DNA of 64,000 nucleotides from an uncultured Chloroflexia bacterium (GTDB lineage Bacteria > Chloroflexota > Anaerolineae > B4-G1 > SLSP01). The translations under genes and the position numbers were made by a program. Position 1 is the first letter of the stretch, and every line of letters begins with the position of its first letter. Below the pieces are notes generated by a model. It was not told the origin of the DNA. It saw only the letters and a list, made by a program, of their open reading frames with translations, and made no database searches. Positions 40,782 to 49,825 of the stretch are shown piece after piece. Location of the stretch: NCBI GenBank assembly GCA_963751345.1, contig CAVVUS010000018.1, forward strand, positions 160,001 through 224,000. The letters are read 5' to 3'.

Positions 40782-43538
40782 ATGGACATTCTGGGAGAAG
40801 CCATTCAGGTCATCGCTGAGCCGCCGGGAGATCTTGTCTATTTCCTGGTGATGCTCTTTGCTCTCCAGCAAGCCCTCGTCTCGGCCCTGGCAGCAGATCG
40901 GGCGAACCCCGGGCAGCCGCTCGCCCGCCGGTGGCTTTGGGCAGTCGGCGGAATGCTGATCGGACGCATCGCGCTCATTGTGCTGGGATTGCTGGGCGTG
41001 ACAGGCCTGCTTGACCCTTCGGGCGTGCTTCCCCCACTTGAACGTTGGCTTATCATCGCCAGTGCGCTGGCAATGGTATGGGCCTCGCTTGCCGGCGCCT
41101 TCTCGCAGCGATGGCATACGCCGGTCGTGGTCGGGCTCCTCGCACTCAGTCTCGTCATCTACGGCTACGATGCAATCGCTCAGTCGGCTTCCGCTACCCT
41201 TATCTTGCTCCCCGGCAATAGCGCCCTCTGGGAGCAAGCAGGCGTCCTGCTTGTTCTCGTCCTGGCAACCACGATGATGGCACTGTTACGGCCCCCCGAA
41301 TGGGAGTGGGGGCTGGGCGCGCTGTTCTTCTGGGCTGCAGGAACGGTAGCGCAGCTTGTCCTGGTGAATCCCGTGAGCCCGATCGATGGGTGGCAGCGTC
41401 TCGCTTCGCTGGTGGCACTCCCGTTGTTGTCGATCCTGGTCTACCGCCAGGTTCATGAGGTGGGGGCCCAGCGTCCGGGGAATGTACGTCCGTCGGACGC
41501 CCTGCCGCTGGTCGAGGTTGTTCAAAGCATCAGCCGGGCGAGCGACCTGGAGTCAACGCTGATCGTCGCCTCCTCGAAGTTGGCCAGTCTATTGCGTGTG
41601 GAAATGTGTACGTTGGCGCTTGCCGAGATCGACGCACCCGACGGTGCGCAGGCCCCCGAATCTCTCCAGGTGGTGGCGATACATCCGCCGACGGCGGTAC
41701 AGATGGATCCACCCCGGCTCGATCTGGCCAACTATGAGGGCCTCCGCGTCGCCTATGTGGAGCGTCGGGTGGTAACGTCGTCTGCGTCCGACGCCACCCC
41801 CTGGCTTACAGGGTTCTACGCGGCGCTGGGCTTGGCTGAGTTCTTGCCGCTCGCGGTGATTCCACTTCGGCATCAGGGCCGCTCGCTCGGTTTGATGCTG
41901 CTTGGAGGACCCCAGGATGCCCGGTCATGGCACGAGCAGGATCTCGAAGATGCCACCTTGGTTGCCGGAATCATAGCGGAGGCCATCGCATCTGTGCGCG
42001 GGAATGGCGCGTGGGCTCGCGAGAGCGGCGGTACACAACTTACCGCCACGGAAAAGATGGCGGCCCCGCAGGATCAACAGAAGCTGATGGAGGTCGTGGC
42101 ACAGGCCAAACAGCAGATTCGCACCCTGAATGGTCGAATTCGCACGCTGGTTCAGGAGATCAAAGTGCGAGACGAGGAGATTCTCTCGCTGAACACCGAG
42201 CTGGACTCGCATGCTCCGGCCGCGCCCGAGACGGACTTGGTCGTCTGGCAGAACGAGGTCCGGCAGCTCATTGAAGAGCGGGAAACCCTTCATCGCAAAA
42301 TCGAGGAGCTGACGGAGGATCGCGATCTGTTTGAGGCCGAGCGCGCGCGTCTGAATCGGGATCTCATAGCTGCCAAGGATCAGCTTGAGCAAGTCGATGG
42401 ACATCGCGAGCGCCTGGAAGAAGAGGTCCTCGACCTCCAGGCACGCTTGGAGGAGACCGGCCCACAACCTGTCGAGGTCAATGCCCCGGAGGCCTCGGTG
42501 CTCTCTGCCGAGATGTCGGCGAATTACGGTTCTGTCGGTCTGGTGGTTGCTGACGAAGATGGTCAGATCACTATGGTGGACGCGCCCGCTCGCCACATCC
42601 TGCGTTTGCCTGTCGGGGACATCGTTGGGATGCCTCTCAACGGAGCTTATCCCGATGCCAACTGGGCGCAGGCGGTCGACAGTCTGCTTTCGCACTCGAA
42701 AAACGGCGGCCCCTACCGCGCTCATCTCAGCCTGGCCGTCGACGGGGATACAGTTGAAGCGGAATTGGCCGCATTGCACGGGCGGGACGGACAGGTCGAT
42801 GGCCTCGTCATCACGCTGCGTTCTTCTGAGAATGATGCCGAGCGCCATGAGGCGATGATCAGCCTCGCGAGCGACTTCCGTACGCCGATGACGGCTATCA
42901 CCGGATACACCGAGCTGCTTCTCGGGGAGCAAGCCGGCATCCTCACCGCGATGCAGCAGCAATTCCTTGAGCGCGTGAAGGCCAACGTGGAGCAACTCAA
43001 CCACCTGCTGAACGATCTTAACCAGATCGCGTCTCCAGACCCTCACTCATTAGAGCTGTCACCCCAACCGGTCAACCTCATTGAGATTATCGAGGAGGCG
43101 GTGATGGGGTTGGCCGCGCGATTCCGCGAACGCAGGCTGACGGTACAGCTCGACCTCCCTGCGGAGCTGTCCGCCGTGCGGGCAGATCGCGACAGTTTGT
43201 ATCAGATCATGTTGCGGCTGCTTTCAAATGCTGCGCTGTGCTCAACAGAAGGGGCCCAGGTTGTCATCGGCGCCCGTGAAGAGAGTTTCGAAGACGAGGT
43301 AAGTCACCTTCGGATTTCAGTTACCGATACGGGCGGCGGCATTGCGCCTGAGGATTATTCGCGTGTTTTCAGGCGCTTCTACCGGGCTAATCAGCCGCTG
43401 GTGGAAGGGATGGGCGAGACCGGCGTTGGCATGGCCGTCGCAAAGGCACTGGTTGAGGCGAATGGCGGGCGTATCTGGGTTGAGAGCGAAGAAAACGTGG
43501 GAAGCACCTTCAGCTTCCTATTGCCGGTGGAACCCTAG
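40782..43538 (+). CDS. Membrane sensor histidine kinase-like protein (TM-GAF-coiled coil-PAS-HisKA-HATPase) lacking the H-box His
   Basis: About 7 TM, GAF, heptad-rich region, ASDFRTP H-box, N box LLSNA, DTGGGI, GVGMAV. Confidence 0.88.
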   Translation: MDILGEAIQVIAEPPGDLVYFLVMLFALQQALVSALAADRANPGQPLARRWLWAVGGMLIGRIALIVLGLLGVTGLLDPSGVLPPLERWLIIASALAMVWASLAGAFSQRWHTPVVVGLLALSLVIYGYDAIAQSASATLILLPGNSALWEQAGVLLVLVLATTMMALLRPPEWEWGLGALFFWAAGTVAQLVLVNPVSPIDGWQRLASLVALPLLSILVYRQVHEVGAQRPGNVRPSDALPLVEVVQSISRASDLESTLIVASSKLASLLRVEMCTLALAEIDAPDGAQAPESLQVVAIHPPTAVQMDPPRLDLANYEGLRVAYVERRVVTSSASDATPWLTGFYAALGLAEFLPLAVIPLRHQGRSLGLMLLGGPQDARSWHEQDLEDATLVAGIIAEAIASVRGNGAWARESGGTQLTATEKMAAPQDQQKLMEVVAQAKQQIRTLNGRIRTLVQEIKVRDEEILSLNTELDSHAPAAPETDLVVWQNEVRQLIEERETLHRKIEELTEDRDLFEAERARLNRDLIAAKDQLEQVDGHRERLEEEVLDLQARLEETGPQPVEVNAPEASVLSAEMSANYGSVGLVVADEDGQITMVDAPARHILRLPVGDIVGMPLNGAYPDANWAQAVDSLLSHSKNGGPYRAHLSLAVDGDTVEAELAALHGRDGQVDGLVITLRSSENDAERHEAMISLASDFRTPMTAITGYTELLLGEQAGILTAMQQQFLERVKANVEQLNHLLNDLNQIASPDPHSLELSPQPVNLIEIIEEAVMGLAARFRERRLTVQLDLPAELSAVRADRDSLYQIMLRLLSNAALCSTEGAQVVIGAREESFEDEVSHLRISVTDTGGGIAPEDYSRVFRRFYRANQPLVEGMGETGVGMAVAKALVEANGGRIWVESEENVGSTFSFLLPVEP

Positions 43539-43564
43539 GATGCGGCATCCAGGAGACCGGCCGC

Positions 43565-44575
43565 GTGGATAGTTCATTTTGGCGCATCGTGAGAGTGCTG
43601 GGCATTGGGGTTCTCGTTCTTTTGGCTGTTGTCGCGAGCATTTGGCTGGCTCGGGCGGACGTGCTTATGACGTCGCGCTCGCCGCGCGAGACCTACTCGC
43701 TGCCGACGCCGACTTTGTTCCCCACGACCGCCCCGACGATCGCCACAGCGACTTCCGGCGAGCCCACGCAGATCTCTCCGACTTCGCCGACCGAGATGCC
43801 CGTGCCGTCGGCAACGACCGTCCGCGAGGCCACACCTACGCCAACGCCTTGTGCACCGGCGGAGGGCTGGATGGCTTACACGGTGCAGGCTGGAGATACC
43901 TACTTCGAATTGGCCCGGCGCGGTCAGACCAATATCCAGGGATTGCTGGCGGGCAACTGCCTCGAAGAGACGGGTGAGTTGAAGGCGGGGTCAACCATCT
44001 ACCTGCCCCCGGTAGCAGTAGCTCAGGCAACGCCGGCGCCGGTAGTCGTGACGTGCCGGCCTCAATCGGGGTGGCCGATCATCACCGTCCAGCCGGGCGA
44101 CACACTCTACGCGCTCTCAATCCGGTACGGTAGCACCGTCGCGGGGCTGATGAAGGCGAATTGTCTTACCAACGATCTGGTCAAGGTGGGTGAGCGCCTC
44201 CACGTGCCGGGTCCCATCGTAGTCTATCCGACACAGCGTCCCACCGTCGTATGGCCGACGTGGACACCTGCGCCTACGATCACTCCGCCTCCGACAGTCA
44301 CGTCTCAGCCGACGTTGACCCCGACGCCTTCGGACACGCCAACGGCGACACTCGAGCCTTCACCGACGCTCGAACCAACGGAGACTCCGGTCCTGATCCC
44401 AACGTGGACACCGCCGCCGACGGGGCCGCTGGTGACGCCTACCCCGACGGTTACGCCCGAGCTCGCCGCCACACCCACGTCGGCGCCGACGGATACACCT
44501 GCGCCTGCGGTGGCGCCGGTTCCGTCAGACACACCTCTTCCGACTGCTACCGCGCCCAGCGATCCGGACCCCTAG
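43565..44575 (+). CDS. LysM-domain protein (2x LysM) with Pro/Thr-rich linkers
   Basis: YTVQAGDT...GNCL and TVQPGDTL...ANCL; N-terminal TM. Confidence 0.9.
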   Translation: MDSSFWRIVRVLGIGVLVLLAVVASIWLARADVLMTSRSPRETYSLPTPTLFPTTAPTIATATSGEPTQISPTSPTEMPVPSATTVREATPTPTPCAPAEGWMAYTVQAGDTYFELARRGQTNIQGLLAGNCLEETGELKAGSTIYLPPVAVAQATPAPVVVTCRPQSGWPIITVQPGDTLYALSIRYGSTVAGLMKANCLTNDLVKVGERLHVPGPIVVYPTQRPTVVWPTWTPAPTITPPPTVTSQPTLTPTPSDTPTATLEPSPTLEPTETPVLIPTWTPPPTGPLVTPTPTVTPELAATPTSAPTDTPAPAVAPVPSDTPLPTATAPSDPDP

Positions 44576-44602
44576 ATATCGAGGTCGCGGAGCTGCACGA
44601 CA

Positions 44603-44637
44603 ACGGCCCGAGCACCGGATTCCGGCGCTCGGGCCGT
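44603..44637. terminator. Hairpin between convergent genes
   Basis: ACGGCCCGAGCACCGG-att-CCGGCGCTCGGGCCGT. Confidence 0.6.
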
Positions 44638-44676
44638 CGCTTCATGATGATCAGGCGCGTAGGGTGGATAGGGCCC

Positions 44677-45999
44677 CTATCGAGGCTCCCATTTCACAGC
44701 GTCAAACCCGATCAGTCGCGTGCGGTAGGGCTCATAGGTCACATCGGCGAGTGAGACATAGTCGTTACTGGTACCTGCGAATCTATACGTACCCAGCGAC
44801 ACCCACTGCCCCCCGTTGGCAGACTGGTTTACAATCCGCAACGTGTAGCCATTCGCGTGACGCACCCAGTAGCGGGCTTGCCCCGTCGTGGTGTACTGAT
44901 CCGGAATGTAGACGAATACCTCATACCAGCGTGCCTGGAGGCTGGGATACCAGCGTGCCCAGTTGTAGTTGTACTGCGCTGAGTAGTTGTTGTAGGTCCA
45001 CGTCAACCGGCCATTGTATCCTTGTGCGACCGTGCGCCAGCCACCGGCTGCGCCGCCCCTGACGAAGCCGGGGTCCGTGTCATCCACCACGACGGTACCG
45101 GCAGTTGGCGGCGGGGTCGGCGGTGCCACTGTACCCGAGTTCCAGGCCAGTTTCGCTACGGCCAGGCCGGTCTGTTCGAAGTACTGCACCTCGATGGTGA
45201 TAGGCCCACCGGGCAGATAGAGAAGCCCGCTGTACGTGGTCGCCGCTTCTTCGTACCAGGCGTCCACCAACAGATGGCCGTTGACCCACAGCCGTGCCCC
45301 ATCGTCGATCGTCAGTTGGAAAGTGTAGTTCCCCGCCGGCAAATCGATGCTCTGGGTCCACCGCGCCGAGAAATGATCGCTGTTGATGGTCCCAGCCAGT
45401 GGCGACCCGCTGCCCCAGTCGTAGTTGACACTGGCCTCGTTGCGGACCAGGGCGGGCGTGCCGCTCAAGGTCGTGTTGTTGTAGTATTCAGCATGCCAGT
45501 TGCCGGTCGCCGGGACCGGCGTGGTCGCAAGATGCCACTGCACCTTGGCAACGGCTAACTCGGTCTGCTCGAAGTACTCCACCGTGATCAGGTGGTGTCC
45601 GGCAGCCAGATAGGCCTGTGCGGTATACGCCTCCGCGGGATGCACATACCATTTGTCCAAGATCAGGTTGCCGTCCTCCCACACGCGGATGCCGTCATCG
45701 CTCGTGACCGTGAACTCGTACGTCCCCGGTGTCACGTCGATGTAACGTGTCCAGCGTGCGGAGAAATAGTCCGCGTTGATCACACCCGGCGCGGGTGAAC
45801 CGTACCCCCAGTCGTGGTCGATGTTCGCCTCAGCTTGCGTGAAGGCAGGCGTACCGGAGAGACTGGTGTTATTCCAGTAGCTGGCCTGCCACGTAGGGTC
45901 TGAGTGCTGGGGCGTGACCGGCCCCTGGGCTGAGACCGGTGCGGCCAGCGCCAGAAGCATCCCCGTCAGAAGACCCAAAATTGTCGCTCGTTTCAGCAT
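44677..45999 (-). CDS. Secreted protein with 2x PA14 domains and a C-terminal golvesin-like beta-sandwich
   Basis: Signal peptide (VSA-Q), two FSARWT...DDG..R repeats, VVDDTD...GQWVSLGTY...FDAVKW. Confidence 0.85.
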   Translation of the reverse strand: MLKRATILGLLTGMLLALAAPVSAQGPVTPQHSDPTWQASYWNNTSLSGTPAFTQAEANIDHDWGYGSPAPGVINADYFSARWTRYIDVTPGTYEFTVTSDDGIRVWEDGNLILDKWYVHPAEAYTAQAYLAAGHHLITVEYFEQTELAVAKVQWHLATTPVPATGNWHAEYYNNTTLSGTPALVRNEASVNYDWGSGSPLAGTINSDHFSARWTQSIDLPAGNYTFQLTIDDGARLWVNGHLLVDAWYEEAATTYSGLLYLPGGPITIEVQYFEQTGLAVAKLAWNSGTVAPPTPPPTAGTVVVDDTDPGFVRGGAAGGWRTVAQGYNGRLTWTYNNYSAQYNYNWARWYPSLQARWYEVFVYIPDQYTTTGQARYWVRHANGYTLRIVNQSANGGQWVSLGTYRFAGTSNDYVSLADVTYEPYRTRLIGFDAVKWEPR

Positions 46000-46262
46000 C
46001 GTCGTGACCTCCTTCTTACCTTCGAACTTCGTGCCTTCCCATTCCAGCACAGAACGGAGCCAAATGCTGCTGAATCTAGGACGACGTAGTCATCTCAATT
46101 GTTCCACGTGACAGCTCCATGATCTCAAAAAAACGGTTGCCTGTGCGTTACGATCGGATAACGCTTATGTGTCGCTCGACTGCTTCTGGCTTGACGGAAG
46201 CATTCGTCTTAGCCCTTGACTGACCTATACTTGCGGCAGTCTTGAGGAAAAGGAGTATGGAA

Positions 46263-46784
46263 ATGGCAGATCGCACCGCGCCATGCCTGCCACCGAATGT
46301 CACGATCCGCAATGACATACGGCCCGGCGACATTGGTATGGTGACTTACTTGCACGGGGTCCTTTACGCCGAGGCTTATGGGTGGGATCCTACGTTCGAG
46401 GCCTACGTCGCGGGCCCACTATCGGAGTTTGTGAAGTCGCAGAGCGCCCGCGAGCGAATCTGGCTCGTCGAACGTGATGGACAGATGGCGGGCTCGATCG
46501 CAATTGTGGATGCCGGGGAGGGCAGAGCTCAACTCCGCTGGCTTCTGCTTCATCCGGACCTCCGAGGCTATGGTCTGGGTCGCCGGCTGGTTGAGGACGC
46601 GATCGACTTCTCTCGGGCCCAGGGCTATCATACCCTCTTTCTGTGGACGGTTACCAACGTGGCGGTGGCGGTCGGGCTCTACAAATCCCTCGGATTCCGT
46701 CTTACGGAGGAGGCCGTCCATCCCCTATGGGGTGACGTGGTCACGGAGCAGCGCTACGAGTTGGCCCTCCCGCCTCTGCCGTAA
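46263..46784 (+). CDS. GNAT N-acetyltransferase
   Basis: AQLRWLLLHPDLRGYGLGRRL, LYKSLGF. Confidence 0.9.
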   Translation: MADRTAPCLPPNVTIRNDIRPGDIGMVTYLHGVLYAEAYGWDPTFEAYVAGPLSEFVKSQSARERIWLVERDGQMAGSIAIVDAGEGRAQLRWLLLHPDLRGYGLGRRLVEDAIDFSRAQGYHTLFLWTVTNVAVAVGLYKSLGFRLTEEAVHPLWGDVVTEQRYELALPPLP

Positions 46785-46840
46785 GGGGGGCGGCGCGAAG
46801 GACATATCGCGCCCCCGGAAGCGGCAATTTCGGACCCTTT

Positions 46841-47605
46841 TCAGAACCTTATGCCACAGTCGAAGGGCACAAGGTCTTTGTGTGAGATGTCGAGGATGGT
46901 GTGGGGAAAAGCTCGGTGAATGGTATAGATCTCCTGTCGGAACCCGCCCCATTGTGAGAAGGTCACGACCTGTACCTCCACTGTCTCATCGCCCATCGTC
47001 ACCTGGGGCTCGAAGTCAAGCTTGAGGGCCTTGGTTTGGGTCCTGTTGTCCATGGGCGCGCCGGACCTCTCGCTTGCCTTGATCACTTGGCCCGCCGCAT
47101 CGCGTGTGCACAGGATCCGGCGATCGTTGTAGCCTGCGTGCCAGAACAGGTAGAATTGGCTGCCCATGACGTCGAGCGTCACCAACTCGAAGAAGCCCTC
47201 GGGAGTGTCGTCGACGTGGACACTGTCCAGATAGGCATGCCCTGCTGTGTCTCCGTCCACACCTCGCATGTACGCCGCATAGGTCTCAAACGCAGGCTGG
47301 TCGCCCGGCCTGACGTACAGGACCGGATGGCCGCCCATGCCATCGAAGTAGTATACGTAGTCGAGGACAAATCCAGGCTCAAGCGAAAGGTGCTTGAGCA
47401 CGGAGAAGTAGTTCATTACGTCGAAATCCTCCGCCGTCCTGGTCGCATCTTCGCGCGTCAAGTGTTGCGGCATTCCGATGCTCTCCGTGAGGCTTGCCAT
47501 ACTTTCGATGGTTGCCTGCCGGCTAGATGCAGCAGGGGGCGTTCCCAACAGGGTGCTGCAGGCCAATGTCAGACTGAACAGTGTCCCAATCACTATCCTC
47601 TTCAT
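46841..47605 (-). CDS. Hypothetical lipoprotein
   Basis: Lipobox TLAC, globular composition, GGGGA RBS. Confidence 0.75.
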   Translation of the reverse strand: MKRIVIGTLFSLTLACSTLLGTPPAASSRQATIESMASLTESIGMPQHLTREDATRTAEDFDVMNYFSVLKHLSLEPGFVLDYVYYFDGMGGHPVLYVRPGDQPAFETYAAYMRGVDGDTAGHAYLDSVHVDDTPEGFFELVTLDVMGSQFYLFWHAGYNDRRILCTRDAAGQVIKASERSGAPMDNRTQTKALKLDFEPQVTMGDETVEVQVVTFSQWGGFRQEIYTIHRAFPHTILDISHKDLVPFDCGIRF

Positions 47606-47615
47606 GGCTTCCCCC

Positions 47616-48746
47616 TTACGTGCTATCTGCTCCAGTCGCAGAGCGATTCAGGAAGCGCTGCGGTGGGGCTTCATCCTGTGGGCGCAGCGAATCGCCAAGA
47701 CTGCGCATGGTCTTGCTGAGTGAAGCGGTGAACCAGAGCTTGAGCGGCGAGGGCGTGCCAAGCATGGCGTACACCCGACGCACGATCGAAGCAGTTGCGC
47801 CGGATTGGGCGCAGGCAGCCGGCAGCGGCACGTCGTCGATCCAGGCGTCGATCGCCCTGACCCAAGCGCGCATCTGGGCCATCCATGTCTGGACGCTCAG
47901 CGCATCCTCCGGGGGCGCGTGTAGCGCTTCTGTATCCATATGTCCAACGGCAGAGATGAGGTTGTCGATCCACCGGTCGAACCGAAAGTGGCACGGCTGT
48001 TCCTCCGGTCGTGCCATCATCCGTCGGAGACTGTTTTCCGGTTCGCCTGGTTGAAGTCGTTCTGCGACCGTACTGAGAACATCGTTGTCGTCCGGTGCCA
48101 TCGCAGCGTCCATCTTGAACGGAACATAGAGGGGGTAACGCAGGGCTCCGCTTTGCTGTAGGTCAAGCCATGGGCGACGCAATCCCTGCTTGATGACCCG
48201 GCATAGGTGTCCCACCAGCCACCGCTTGATGGGGGTTGACTCCCCCAGCTCCGTCCAGATCCATTCCTCCCTCTCCCCGTACGTGCACTTCGGATGCGAT
48301 GTAGTGAGTGGATGACCCGCGGTCAGGCCGCACAACCAGGTATAGAGGACGGCAAGTGTGTCCAGGCGGCGGTCCAGGAGCACGATCGGATAGAGGGAAT
48401 CCTGACGGGCCCGCCAGTTCATGGTGTCCGCAAGCGTCCCAAAGCTACACCACGTCACCGCACGGCTCCGCCGGAGTTGCCCAATTCCGCGCAGAAGGGT
48501 TTCAAGATTCGCGAAGTAGGCTACGTTGCAGTGTTGCGTCGCAACCTGGATCTCAATACGTAGACGGGCCAGGTCATCGCCGCAGGTGCTGAACGCCTCC
48601 GGCGTCTCCAGGATCGGGATAGATCTCGGCAGCTTGGCTTCCATCGCATCGATCCAGGTGATTTCCGGGTCGTGGTGATAGCTGCCGTTGGTCGGGAACT
48701 CGGGCGCCACCCAGCGCATGGAATTGGTATAATTATGTTCACTCAT
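47616..48746 (-). CDS. Hypothetical protein with an internal two-fold repeat
   Basis: 376-aa ORF filling the gap, with its own promoter and duplicated motifs (see findings). Confidence 0.75.
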   Translation of the reverse strand: MSEHNYTNSMRWVAPEFPTNGSYHHDPEITWIDAMEAKLPRSIPILETPEAFSTCGDDLARLRIEIQVATQHCNVAYFANLETLLRGIGQLRRSRAVTWCSFGTLADTMNWRARQDSLYPIVLLDRRLDTLAVLYTWLCGLTAGHPLTTSHPKCTYGEREEWIWTELGESTPIKRWLVGHLCRVIKQGLRRPWLDLQQSGALRYPLYVPFKMDAAMAPDDNDVLSTVAERLQPGEPENSLRRMMARPEEQPCHFRFDRWIDNLISAVGHMDTEALHAPPEDALSVQTWMAQMRAWVRAIDAWIDDVPLPAACAQSGATASIVRRVYAMLGTPSPLKLWFTASLSKTMRSLGDSLRPQDEAPPQRFLNRSATGADST

Positions 48747-48755
48747 TTGTTGTTT

Positions 48756-48784
48756 ATTATGAGGCTACCGTTGTATCGTGTCAA
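48756..48784 (-). promoter_or_regulatory. Near-consensus sigma70 promoter, near-leaderless
   Basis: TTGACA-N17-CATAAT, 9 nt (AAACAACAA) before ATG 48746. Confidence 0.7.
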
Positions 48785-48832
48785 GCCATTTCCCGTGGTA
48801 CCTTGGCTCTGATGGGTCAAGAGCAGTCTCTC

Positions 48833-49825
48833 TCACAATCTCGCCAGATCATCGAAATCGAGGCCGACATATGGGATCCCGCTCGTCACACGCTCTCGAC
48901 GACCGGGCATGAATCGGTCGACCCAGAAATCGCCGGACCTTTCACCGGGGCGATAGGTAGGCTCCAACAGCGTATAGTAGCTGATCTCCAGTAGCTTGAG
49001 GAAGAGAGGAAGCTTTCCCAACCAGACAGCATCCAGTTGTTTCTGAGTTCGATAGCCCTTCAGGTAGGTTTCCAGAAACTGCGCCGCGAACTGCTCCGTG
49101 CCGGTGCCCTCATAGAGGACGAGGATGTCGAAAAGCAGGATTGCGGTATCGAAGATATACCAACCATAGGCGCAATCGTCAAAGTCAAAGAGGGTGATGG
49201 CGTAGGCTTCGTCCGGATCGACAAAGAAGTTGCCGAAGTGGAAGTCCCCGTGGATCATGCCAAAGGTAAGAGGGTCTTTGGGAAGTGCCCGGATTTGCTC
49301 GAGGATCTCGCGTTTCCTGACCTTTATCACGGGGTCGGCGGGCTGATCCACGGAGAAGAGGTCGCCGGTCTCATTCCACGCCGGGCGTCGGAGGGCCGCG
49401 GCTGGCACGTAGCTTTCGGCCAAAGTGTGGATCTTTCCGGCAACCGCCCCAATGTTGTGAAAGTACACGCTCGTCCATTGATCTTGGCGGAGGGTCTCCG
49501 CGAGCACGCCCCGGGCCTTTGTGGTTGCGACAACTGTGTAGCGTTGGTCCCCAACTGCGATGACCGAGATTGGGTCGCCACCGGGTGTGGAGACGGGCCG
49601 GGGCACGGGCGCCCCGTGCTCGGCGAGGTAGGTCGTCCACGCGTGGATTGCGCGAACACTTTCACTATCGGTGCCAGCACCTGGCGGCACGATACGCAGG
49701 ACGCAGGGCGTGCCCTCGAGAACGACCTCGTAGACCGCAGTGGAATGGCCACCCGCTAGCGGCTTTAGGCGGTCGGGTGTTGTGCCGTAGAGCCTGGCAG
49801 CTTCCGCTACGACCAGCTCATTCAT
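48833..49825 (-). CDS. APH/homoserine kinase type II-like phosphotransferase
   Basis: VLRI, HGDFHFGN (Brenner motif), DFDDC. Confidence 0.9.
   Translation of the reverse strand: MNELVVAEAARLYGTTPDRLKPLAGGHSTAVYEVVLEGTPCVLRIVPPGAGTDSESVRAIHAWTTYLAEHGAPVPRPVSTPGGDPISVIAVGDQRYTVVATTKARGVLAETLRQDQWTSVYFHNIGAVAGKIHTLAESYVPAAALRRPAWNETGDLFSVDQPADPVIKVRKREILEQIRALPKDPLTFGMIHGDFHFGNFFVDPDEAYAITLFDFDDCAYGWYIFDTAILLFDILVLYEGTGTEQFAAQFLETYLKGYRTQKQLDAVWLGKLPLFLKLLEISYYTLLEPTYRPGERSGDFWVDRFMPGRRERVTSGIPYVGLDFDDLARL

Noticed and set aside
44220-44560. Tandem DNA repeats (ccgacg/acgccg)
   Set aside because: Simply the codons of a Pro/Thr-rich linker
46263-49825. Antibiotic-resistance island (GNAT plus APH)
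   Set aside because: Both are broad families without resistance-specific features, and no mobile element is nearby
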